Below are positions 1 through 11,400 of a DNA stretch of 54,648 nt, in pieces (the stretch's first letter is position 1; every line of letters begins with the position of its first letter). The DNA is from Welwitschia mirabilis (lineage: Eukaryota). Where the stretch lies: NCBI GenBank assembly GCA_051453625.1, contig JBOZIK010000001.1, positions 22,194,226 through 22,248,873 of the forward strand. The letters run 5' to 3'. The translations under genes and the position numbers were made by a program. The notes under the pieces were generated by a model. That model was not told the origin of the DNA, made no database searches, and saw nothing but the letters and a program-made list of their open reading frames with translations.

Positions 1-639
1 CAAATTGCGCTTAAACCTATATAAAAGTCCTACAAAACAACTCATAAAACCCCATCAAATAACTACAAATTGACAGCATAGCAAGTACTCATACTCAAAA
101 TCAAAATAAAGGACCAAGAGAATTTTGTATAAAATAGCTAATTTTTTTAGAGTCAAGCTTAGTTTCTTAAAGAAGACACATAGATACTAGCGAGTCCATC
201 AAAAGCTATAAAGGTGAAAATTTTTTTGGCCATTTCCAAGGCCTATGCATTTTTAAAAAACAATTATGAAAAAAAGAGCTGAGACTGCTTACCATCTCAA
301 ATGTCCTCCTTTGTCTCCTTTCCAATATTGCCTTTTCAGGTATTCATTCTTATCCTTATGTCTATCTACCCCAACTTCCTAGTTTTGTTAGCTGTTAATG
401 TGTCCACAACATGCCCATTAACACTGTTTTCACTCTCTTTGTGATCCTGTCTCATTTCCATTTGTGTTTGTTGTTGTGACTGTTGCTGTGATAATGTATT
501 CAACATGTTATGAACATGCTCTATGTACTCGTATTTAACTCTTTCACAGTAATTTTCTATTTCTTTTTCCATCATCTCTTCTAGTTCCTTTTACAATAGA
601 ATGCCGTATTTATTTGCCTGCATAACAAGGTCATTGTTT

Positions 640-1430
640 GGGATTGAAGTTAGCTTTTTCCCCTCTTTTCCTAACTTCTTATCAATCATTCTTTTCTACC
701 TTCTCATTTTTCTTACATTTTTCCATTATGTGCTCATTTCTCCACATTTTGAGCATTTCCAAGGAATATCTTCAATTCTAAGGTTGAAGATCATTTTCCC
801 TCATATAGTGTCTAGGATTTTTTTTTTAGCATTGAAACTATTTGGCTTCATTTAAACACATATTATAGCTATCACCCTTTTTGCCATAAGATCTATATTT
901 CTATCGAGTTTAACAAACTCTCCTAATATATCTCTAAATTGTTTGAAAAAATTAGCGTGCCATATTTCTAAATGAGGATTTGAAATACAATTCTAAACCA
1001 AAATTTTTTCAAAAATAGAGGGTTTATCAAGAATAAAGAGAGTTCATTTTGTTAAAGCTAGATCTCTATGACCAAAAAGATAGGGCCTTTTTACCAAAAC
1101 CTTATTCATGTCTTCTTCTATATCAAAAATAAAAATGCAATAATCCATCTCTAAGAGGAATTGCCTTATAACTTGTAGAAAATGTTTTGTCACATCATAA
1201 ATGCAAATTTCCTATGAACAAAAGCCCTTTTGAAGATTGGAATTTATCAATAAGATTTTTTCTGAATCGAGCCTCCAAATGCTTAGAGTAGTTCATAGGC
1301 ATCTTTGAATGGAAGGTGCTACCTTCGCACTTGAAGCCAAATTCTAAGTTAAGGGAACTTTGAGGATTACTTCCTCCTACTGATGCTGCATAAGAATTTA
1401 TACTAAAGAATTTTATCACCACTGAAGAAC
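640..1430 (-). mobile_element. Degenerate LINE (L1-type) ORF1 remnant (DUF4283 + zinc knuckle)
   Basis: Minus-strand translation gives EMDYCIFIFDIEEDMNKVLVKRPYLFGHRDLALTK* (about 1150-1046), matching the DUF4283 'F..EED..KVL..GPW.F' motif. It is followed by 'WFRIV...ILGEFVKLD' and a CxxC...H...C-like knuckle (KCSKCGEMS, about 760-715). Stops and frameshifts are present. Confidence 0.65.
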
Positions 1431-1792
1431 CAGAAGTGCTTTCACTACCTTGGAAACCTCAAACTTACTTAAGCCTACCCTTTCAGGTTTTTGGTGTTTG
1501 TGAGTCATCAATTAAAAAACCTCCCAAAAAGGTAGAAAAACCAACATGAGATCTAAGCACATTTTATTACACCCTTTTGGATTTTTACACTAGAAAGTAC
1601 CACTAAGGAGTTAACCTTCAATGCATTGCATAAAAAAAATCCAAAACCACCTTTAGAAGATCTTTGATAAAAGAACCCTTGCGTGAGATACCCACAAAAG
1701 AGATGAACACACCAACATGTTGAAGATGCACCAGAATCATCCAAAAAATGCCTCTCGCACTGTCACCAAAATCCCTGAAGGAAAAACCTAGC

Positions 1793-2487
1793 NNNNNNNN
1801 NNNNNNNNNNNNNNNNNNNNNNNNNNNNNNNNNNNNNNNNNNNNNNNNNNNNNNNNNNNNNNNNNNNNNNNNNNNNNNNNNNNNNNNNNNNNNNNNNNNN
1901 NNNNNNNNNNNNNNNNNNNNNNNNNNNNNNNNNNNNNNNNNNNNNNNNNNNNNNNNNNNNNNNNNNNNNNNNNNNNNNNNNNNNNNNNNNNNNNNNNNNN
2001 NNNNNNNNNNNNNNNNNNNNNNNNNNNNNNNNNNNNNNNNNNNNNNNNNNNNNNNNNNNNNNNNNNNNNNNNNNNNNNNNNNNNNNNNNNNNNNNNNNNN
2101 NNNNNNNNNNNNNNNNNNNNNNNNNNNNNNNNNNNNNNNNNNNNNNNNNNNNNNNNNNNNNNNNNNNNNNNNNNNNNNNNNNNNNNNNNNNNNNNNNNNN
2201 NNNNNNNNNNNNNNNNNNNNNNNNNNNNNNNNNNNNNNNNNNNNNNNNNNNNNNNNNNNNNNNNNNNNNNNNNNNNNNNNNNNNNNNNNNNNNNNNNNNN
2301 NNNNNNNNNNNNNNNNNNNNNNNNNNNNNNNNNNNNNNNNNNNNNNNNNNNNNNNNNNNNNNNNNNNNNNNNNNNNNNNNNNNNNNNNNNNNNNNNNNNN
2401 NNNNNNNNNNNNNNNNNNNNNNNNNNNNNNNNNNNNNNNNNNNNNNNNNNNNNNNNNNNNNNNNNNNNNNNNNNNNNNNNNNNNNNN
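1793..2487. other. Assembly gap (other large gaps: 13676-14516, 16344-17315, 26820-26900, 31528-31819, 48344-48443, 50303-50402, 53549-53648)
   Basis: Runs of N. Confidence 1.
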
Positions 2488-2907
2488 GCACTGTCACCAA
2501 AATCCCTGAAGTAAAAACCTAGCTTTGCTATTACGCTCTCAATTTTGTACTTAATATTTGATCATATGAGTTAACACCAAGATCTTAATTATATATAACA
2601 ATTGAGTCAAAATATTGGGTGAAAAATTACTAAGAAATAAGAGTGTCAAGATCAAGACAAAAGATTTCTTAAAACTAATTTTATTTCTCCTCTCCTATGC
2701 GTTTTGTATTTTAACTTTAATGTCTATATGTTAGTTTAAAACTAATAAGAGATAGTTGTTCATGAAAGACAAAATTTAGATAAAAGAGAATCTAAAAAAC
2801 TTGTGTAAGAAGCCAAATCATGGTATTTCAACATTTGCTGCCATGAACATAAGAAAAATAAAGAAGGATAACCTAGAATAAGAAATTTATTAGTAAAAAT
2901 ATCACAA

Positions 2908-2935
2908 ACACACACACACACACACTTTCTCTCTC
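2908..2935 (+). repeat. (CA)n(CT)n microsatellite, copy 1
   Basis: Direct reading: cacacacacacacacacactttctctctc. Confidence 0.9.
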
Positions 2936-4470
2936 TTTTTAGTGTTTATTAACTACATTGATTTTTTCCTCTCCATTACCAAGAGATTTTGCTTATACCT
3001 CAAAGGAATCGTTTTTGTTTAATGTTTTGTGAGTTTTTTATATCTTTAGTTTTATTAATAAAAAAGAATTATTAATTAACTATTAATAAACTTAACAATT
3101 TTAAGTTGTATTACACTAGTACATAAAACTATATTGCTATGATGCCTTAGATAAATGTACATCGATTATTTAGATGATCATAGTTAAGCATATTCTTAAG
3201 AAAAAATATAATTACTTAAAATCTCAAGTAAAACATCCTTAATGCTTAAAAAAATTAAAAATCAAAGGAAGAACCTTAGTTTAGCTTATTTTAAAAGCCG
3301 CCAGATCCTAAAATAAGTCTAAACACATAAAACACAATAAACATACCAATAAAAAAAATCAAAAAAATCAAAAGGGAAAAAATAAGTGGACATGTAGAAT
3401 GCGAAAAAGTAAGATAACTATATGTTAGCGGTGCTATGAACGCGACCCATGTAATATGTGCAAGTTGGGGAAAGCCAAGTGAAAATGGCAAGCTAACTAA
3501 TAAGATTCCGCTCTATAATAAAAAACAAATATTAGTAGTAGTGGGGCCACTTTAACACCTTTGCTATTAGCTCTTACCGCGAATACCTCCCTATATAACC
3601 CCCAAGTTGCACTAATGTATTTCACCCCTCGATTTTTTCCCTCATTTATTTTTATAAATTACGATAAAATTGTATGTGCCTCTGCAACACTATTCTTCTT
3701 CACTTTATTTTTTTATGCTCTCTTTCTTCTTTTTTTGCATCAACCTAATCCACTTCCACTATCTTCGACACCTCAGACCCACTTAAGCCCATACTTTCGG
3801 GTTTTCAAGGTTCATGAGTCATCGATTAAAAAACCTCCCCTCAAGGTAGAAAAATCGACATGAGGTCTAAGCATATTTTACTACACCCTTTCAAGTTTTC
3901 ATAGCAAAAAGTGCCACTAGGGAGTTAACCTTCAATGCATGGCATAAAAAAAAATCTGAAACCGCCTTCAAAATATCTTTAACAAAAGAACCTTTGCGCA
4001 AGATACCCATGAAAGAGATGAATACACTAGCATGTTGAAGACACACTAGTATCAGCCTAGAAAATGCCTTTTGCACTGCCACTGCGCTCTTTGAAGCAAA
4101 ACCCTAGCTTCACTATTACACTCTCAATTTTGTACATCATCTTCGATCATATGAGTAAAGACCAAGGTCTTAATTAAATATAACAATTGAGTCAAAATCT
4201 TAGGTGAAAAATTGCTGAGAAATAAGAGTGCCAAGATCAAGACATAAGATTTCTTAAAACTAATTTTATTTCTCCTGTCTTGTGTCTTGTATTTCAAATT
4301 TAATCTCTATATATTAGTTTAAAAGTAATAAGATAAAGTGGTTAATAAAGACAAAATTTAGATAAAAGAAGATCTTAAAACCTTGTGTAAGGAATAAGAA
4401 ATTTGCTACCATGAACATAACAAAAATAAAGAAGGGTCACCTAGAATAAAAAATTTGCTAGTAAAAAGAT

Positions 4471-4516
4471 CTCACACACACACACACACTCACACACACA
4501 CACTCTCTCTCTCTCT
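4471..4516 (+). repeat. (CA)n(CT)n microsatellite, copy 2 (longer allele)
   Basis: Direct reading: ctcacacacacacacacactcacacacacacactctctctctctct. Confidence 0.9.
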
Positions 4517-4974
4517 TTTTCTTTTTTTTGGTGTTTATTAGCTACACTGATTTTTTCCCCTCCATTATCAAGGGGTCTTGCTTATGCCCTAAAGGAATCG
4601 TCCTTATTTAATGTTTTGTGAGTTTTTGTATCTTTAATTTTATTAATGAAAAAGAATTATTAATTAACTATTAATAAACTAAACAATTTTAAGTTATATT
4701 ACATTAATACATAAAACTATATTGCTATGAAGCCTTAGATAAACTTACATCAATTATTTAGATGATCATAGTAAGTATGCTCTTAAGAAAAGATATAATT
4801 ACTTAAAATCTTGAGGTAAACATTCTTAACGCTTAAAAAAAAATTGAAAATCAAAGGAAGAACCTTAGTTAAACTTATTTTAAAAGCCGCCGGAGCCTAA
4901 TAAAAGCCTAAACACATGAAACACAATAAACATACCAATAGAGCAAACGAAAAAAATCAAGAGGAAAAAAGGAA

Positions 4975-5481
4975 GGAGACACGTGGAACGCGAAAAAAGG
5001 CAAGACAACTATATGTCAGCGGCGCTATGAACGCGGCACGTGTAACATGTGGGAGCTGGTGAAAGCCAAGTGGAAATGGCAAGCCAGCCAATAAGGTTCC
5101 GCTCCACAACAAAAAAACCAAATACTGGTGGTGGTGGGTCCACTCTAACACCTTTGCTATATGCGCTTGCCACGAATACCTCCCGATATAAACCCCAAGT
5201 CGCCCCAGTGAAATTCACCCCTCGATTTTTCCTTCCGTTTATTTTTGCAAATTACCGTAAGACTGTATGAGCCTCTGCAACACTATTCTTCTCCGCTTCT
5301 AGCTTTCTGTGCTGTCTTGCTTCTTCTTTTGCTTCGACCTTCTTCGCATTCTTCGCTTGAAACGTCATCATCCTCAACGTTGCGTGTAAACGTTTTCTGG
5401 TTATGAACGCGGCGGAAGCAAATAAATTTGGAGAGGAAAGACAAAACGAGGAAGAAGAATTTAGAGCGAAATTGTGAATGT
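4975..5481 (+). promoter_or_regulatory. Proximal promoter / 5' leader of the UPL gene
   Basis: G-boxes CACGTG at 4980-4985 and 5037-5042, CCAAT at about 5088, TATAAA at about 5188, a pyrimidine-rich leader at 5283-5355 and high CpG content. The TSS is not determinable from sequence. Confidence 0.55.
5403..5477 (+). other. Upstream ORF, 24 aa (MNAAEANKFGEERQNEEEEFRAKL*)
   Basis: ATG at 5403 and TGA at 5475-5477, ending 4 nt before the main ATG. Translation is not proven. Confidence 0.45.
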
Positions 5482-8400
5482 ATGGAAACCAGAAGCCGGA
5501 AACTGCAATCGAATTTGGCTGCTTCGAGGTCGAAGAGGAAAACGCCGGAAGGAACAAGTCCTCCGCAGTCTTCTGAAGCTAAGAACATGAACTATAGCAG
5601 CATCAGGCTCAACGTCGATTCGCCTAATCCGCTTGCGCCTTCTCGACGCAGGAACCTTCCGCGTCAGAAGAACATTCTTGTCTCCATGGATTCTTCTTCG
5701 TCTTCCCTCCCTGCGGCCGCCGCTCGTTCTCCGAACCAATCCGAAAGGACTAGTAATTCGATCCAAAACCCTAACCCCGTGGCCGATTCTGTGCCTTCGC
5801 AGTCGAGTATCCGCACCGTCGATTCGGACGGCATGTCGGTCGCCGATGGATATTATGATGATGATTATAGTGATGATTATTATGAGGAGGAGGATTATCA
5901 TCCGGCGTGGGGCGAGGAGAGACTGGCTGAGGCTGGTTTTGGTGCTTATGAAGGGTTTCATGCCGTTTCTGCACCTTCCGGCAGCCGTTTCAAGAGTATT
6001 TTGGCGAGTCTCCGTGACGGCTCGAACGTCATGGGACAGATCAATGCTCTTTCTGAGCTTTGTAATGTCTTGTCAATGGCGACGGAACGGAGCTTGGATG
6101 CGTTCTCGATGGATTCGTTTGTGCCGGTTCTTGTTGAGCTGTTGAATAGCGAGGGTTTGCCTGAGACGATGCTTTTGTCCGCTCGGGCTTTAACTCATCT
6201 GTGCGATATCGTTCCTCATGCATGCAGCGTTGTTGTGCGCTATGGCGCTGTCCAGGCTTTCTGCGCTCGTTTACTCAACATCGAGTACATTGATTTGGCT
6301 GAACAGGTTAGAATCGTTCTCTTTTTAACCAAATTTCATTTCGGTCGCTTAAGCTTTGCTAAATGTCTTTACTTGTTGGCTGAACAGATTAGAATCGTTT
6401 TGTTAAGTTTGTTTACTTGTTGGCTGAACAGATTAGAATCCTTATCTGTTTAAGCGATTTCGTATCAGTTGCTAAATTTTGTTGAATTTCTTCAACTTTT
6501 TTAATAAGGTGTAATTCGATTGGAGTTTAGGATGGAATTTCTTTATGTTGCTCTGAAATTGTAAATAATTAACACAAAAAAGGAATTATTCAAGACTTTG
6601 TTTCCGACCATTGCTTTTCTCGATTTAGTGGGATAACCGGGCCTCGAATATTTTCGATCAAAAAGTCTCTATATCGGCCAAATATATGAAGATTCTTTTG
6701 AGCTGGAATAAAGGGAGGACACTGCAATTTAATTTCTTTATATTCGGAAATCGTACTTTTTGGGTCTTTCTTGCTAGGAAATAAAACATGGATTCAGTTT
6801 GCTTTGTTTGTGCTGAAATTAGTCTTGAAAGCCATTTTTGAAACTAGGACCTTGTCTTGTATTTACGAATTGAGGGTTTTTGCAGTCTTTGCAAGCGTTG
6901 GAAAAGCTTTCACATCGTCATGCGCATGCATGTCTTCATGGCGGTGTCTTAATGGCAGTACTTCAGTATATAGATTTTTTCTCTAGTGGAGCAAAGGTAA
7001 AACAATCTTCTATACGCAAACGTAAACTGGATATTGAACAATGTGATTACTTTTTTGACATGATATCTGTGTGAAACAGAGGGTCGCATTGGCCACAGCA
7101 GCAAACATATGTAAACAGTTGTCATCGGATACCATTCACTTTGCAATCGATACTGTACCAACATTGACAGGGTTCCTTGGAAACGAGGATCTTAAGGTAA
7201 GCTTCAGCAGATGTAACAAAGGTCGCTCTTACTTTCAGGAATGTTTTGTTTCTTCACGTTGCTTTCTCTGTTTTATTGAGACCATTGAAATTCGGAAGCT
7301 TTTTCCAGGTAGTAGAGAATGCGTCAAAATGCTTATGTCGGATTGTTGAGTCCTGTGTATCATCGCTTGGGAACCTGAATAAGATTTCTAGTTCGGGTCT
7401 TCTCTCGCATGCTGTGAATCTGATATCTCTAAACAATGCTGGTGGTCCCCAGGCATCTTTAGGGTCTTCGACCTACACGGTTCGACTTTCCCTTCTGAAG
7501 TTGAAAAGTAATTTTACTTTGATAAGGATTCAAAGAAATTTTTTGGATAGACCTTAGGTCAGATTGAAATTTTTGCAGGTTTTGATTAAACTTCTCTCAA
7601 CCTGTGCAAGCAACTCTGCTGTTTCTACGAAAGAGTTGCTTCAAATGGGGATATCAACTATTCTAAGAGATACACTTAGCGGCTCGGGTCTTTCTATAGA
7701 AAGGCCACCTGATCAGGTTAATACATCTATATTCAAATGGCAAATTGTTCTACAGGGAGATTTTTATTTTAGTTTATTATAACTATAATCTGATGTTTTA
7801 AGTTTGCCCAATTGTATTACTTTAGCATTTGACTTAGACATAATGACCCTTCAAGTGTTGTTATAAAGATTATATCTTTTCTAAAAACCTTGAGAACAAA
7901 ACCAAATAGCGACTCCTCCCATCTGGAGTTTTTACCTCTTTTACCATAAATATATGAGTCACTACCTACAAGTCTTCTGTGTTTAAGACAAATAGGTTAC
8001 AGGGGGTTAATGAATCTTATATTCACAGATGTACGATGTTGTGGCATTTGCAAATAAACTTCTTCCATTATTCCCACAAAAGACGACGTTGATATGCCAC
8101 CCCTATGTTGGGTCAAGTCGTTCTTTAAGGAAACAGGCTTCACGGCAAGCTAAGGAAATCAGAGAAAACATCAATAAGCCGGCTGCTGAGGTAACTGAAC
8201 ATGAAAAGGTTCTTCGAGAGAATCCTCAGCTTTTGCTAAAGTTTGGTGTGGATTTACTGCCTGTATTGATCCAGGTGAATGATTGTGTGAGTTTTATACG
8301 AAATTCTATTTTTCAACTAAAAAATGCAACCGTGTAAAGATGTAGTCCTTGTTCAACAGTTTTGTGGAGCTAGTGTCAGTGTTCGCCTTAGGCATGAAGC

Positions 8401-11400
8401 GATGGCTGTCATTAAAAAGTTGCTATGGTTTTGTGGGTTTGATACATTGAAATCTCTGTTACAGTCAACCAACATAGCAAGGTAATCTATGTTTCATTCA
8501 TCAAGGCTTACTCTCTTTGTTTGTTTGACTTATGACCTGGTCTCTATTTAATATTTTGTTTACAGCTTTCTAGCTGGAATCTTGAATGGAAAAGATGCAG
8601 AGGATTTGTTATCAGGAATGGAAATGGCCGAAATTTTAATGCAAAAGGCTCCTGACCTTAGTAGGAAGAGCCTTATAAAAGAAGGCGTTTTCTATGCAAT
8701 AAGTAATTTGATAAATTCAGGTGTCACAAAAAACAGGGAAAGTAACATGCTTCGGAATAAGAAACGATCATCAGGAGACACAGGAATCATTGCATCTGAA
8801 ATAGATGACTCAGTTAGCCTTGTGGAAATGGTTGTTCCTGCTAACAGCACAATGTCAAACATTTCATTGTACGCAAAGTGTTTTAAAGATGCTTATTTTG
8901 CAGTTGATTCTGGCTTTGATAATGAGTGTACCACAGAGAGCTTTTGCAATCTTAAAAACATCTGTAACAAAGTGAATGATGCCTTGTATGATGCAAAATT
9001 GAAAATGAAGGGAAAGGCAAAGAAATATCTACCAGAAACCGTTGATAATGATTTGTTAAATAATCTTGTCTCTGATATTCTGTCAGAGCTTATGAAACAT
9101 GATTGTGTATCAGCCTTTGAGTTTGTTAGAAGTGGCATCGTTGAGTGTCTACTTAATTATTTTCAGGGAGGTGATATAGCCAAACGATTATATGAGAAGA
9201 ACAAGTCAGAGTACTATGAAGTCTTGTTAAGGAGACTTCAGTCGTTCATTCAAATTTCCATTCCTGTGAACTCTAAAGGGGATGCATCTCCTTTGTGTGC
9301 ATTGGTTAGGAAGCTACAGGATGCACTGTCTTCCTCGGAACATTTTGAAATTGTTTCAAGTCATGCGAGCTTTCACTCTGATAACAATGCCTATCCAAAA
9401 GTACTCGACACATTAGCGAAACCAATAAAGCTGCGTCTACACAAAGCAGCAGGAGAAAGTAATCTTCTTGACTACCCATCTCCGATTTTGTGCATGAGAC
9501 TTTCAGATAGTGTAGCTGATCTTGAGAATCTAGTATGGCCCAAGGTTGAACAGGGAGAAACCATTGCTGGACAGCGTGTGGGGACTGGATCAATAGGCAA
9601 ATCTCTACACATGTCAGACACAAAAGGGCATGTGAGGTCACATTCATCGAATGCCTCAACTGAGAAGGGAAAAATGGTTGTCAATGCTGATAATAAAGCT
9701 CATGTAACAAGAAGTGCAGCTCGTAAAAATATGATCTCAAAGCGGTATACTCCAAAAGAGATTGAAAATGTTGAATCTGGCATGAAGGTACACACCTTAT
9801 TAATGATGAAAATTTTAACTTTTCTGAATAATCTGTAAGGACAGAGAACATCGTTGGTAACAACCGGTCTGTTAACGCAAATCTTCATTCTTGATTTTTA
9901 TTATTGTTTGCTTTTTAAAGGTTGAAGACTTCAGTTCTGCACCCATTGTAATGATGGATGGTGCTTACAGTCCTGTTGATAGGCCTGGAGTATATAGTGG
10001 GGGGGTATGCAAACTAGTGTTTCTAGTGTGTTTTTTACAAATTTTTTACTGCTTGCTTTATATTTAATATCATCCCCTGCCTATGCACAAAGATTGCTAA
10101 GTTTTTTGATTTTCTTGCATTGCTCCCAGATTTTTGGAATGGGAGATTATGTGGATTACATGGCTGATCTATTGCCACAAGGAGACCTCAATGCAACAGC
10201 TATTAGTAATCTGAGGACTTCAAATATGATGGCAAATGGTAATTTTCTTTAGATGCTATAAATTGTCTTCTAGAGAATAGCATGCTGGATGACTTAAATT
10301 TTTACTTTTGCTGAGTGCAGCAGGGTTGCATCAAGGAATCTCTTTTAATAGAATTGATCTAACTTCTCCAGAAAACAATGTCATTTCAATGAACAAGGAG
10401 TCCACAAATTGCACTCCTCGTTTGAATTTTTTTCTTGGCGAAAAGCAGCTAGAAAGGACATCATCATTGTACAAGGCAATTCTACAATCTGTAGCTGATA
10501 GAAATGAACGAAAACCTACTAGATCTGGTTACCCAACCCATGAGTCACAGTATGTTTTTGATAAAATCTATACGATTACTTATCGGAAGGCAGAATCATC
10601 TACTACAGCAAACTTGATGAAGAAATGTAGAAGTTCTGCTCTGCTAACTACAGAGAATTTGTCATTTTTTGATATTATTGCACAAAGAAAGCTCCCATGT
10701 GTACTGAAGAAAAAGGATTCTACATATGATATTCTTTTATTACTAAAAATATTGGAGGGATTAAACCGGTTAGCTCCTTTTCTGAGGGCCCAGGCACTTT
10801 CATCGTCCTTTGCAAATGGTGAAATTGAGAATCTAGAACAGTTGAAACCTAATGGAACTTATGTCTCTCAAGATGAGTTCCTAAGCAATAAGCTGACTCC
10901 AAAACTCATGCAGCAAATGCAAGATGTTATGGCATTATGCACTAAAAGCATACCTTCTTGGTGCCAGGAGCTTCCAAAAGCCTGTCCATTTTTATTCCCA
11001 TTTGATATCAGAAGAAAATATTTCATCGCGACGTCACTAGGGTCAAATAATAGTGTATACAATTTAGTTCGGCAAGTGAGTGGTGGGAATCCATATGCAC
11101 TTAACAATCATGTTCGTAACTTTGGTAGATTGGATCGTAAAAAGGTTTTGGTATCAAGAGAGAACATATTGGATTCGGCTGCTACAGCAATGGATTCACA
11201 TTCCATTAAGAATACATTGCTTGAGTTTGAATATGTTGGAGAAGTGGGCACTGGTTTAGGACCAACTCTTGAGTTTTACACTCTTTTAAGTCATGAATTT
11301 CAGAAGACACTTCATGGCATGTGGAGGAATAATTCTTGCAACAATGCTATAAGTAGTGACTTAGTGATGGTAGATGCTGAAGATGCTACTAAAGATGTCA

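Larger units (their letters stand above)
1455..5300 (+). repeat. Diverged tandem duplication of about 1.55 kb containing the UPL proximal promoter (copy 1 about 1455-1792 + 2488-3710; copy 2 about 3770-5300)
   Basis: Colinear matches: 1467 'acttaagcc...gagtcatcaattaaaaaacctccc' vs 3781; 2488 'gcactgtcacc...ctctcaattttgtac' vs 4072; (CA)n(CT)n in both; 3678 'gcctctgcaacactattcttct' vs 5271. Confidence 0.9.

Noticed and set aside
1748..2509. Long ORFs spanning N runs (also 13560-14635, 16255-17361, 31437-31890, 53490-54179)
   Set aside because: Artefacts of translating assembly gaps.
5428..5481. ORF-track start at 5428 (TTG)
   Set aside because: Non-ATG start. The conserved METRSRK N-terminus indicates ATG 5482.
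5461..6223. Antisense and alternative-frame ORFs over exon 1 (166, 170, 67 and 60 aa)
   Set aside because: Expected shadows of GC-rich, repetitive coding sequence; no recognisable motifs.
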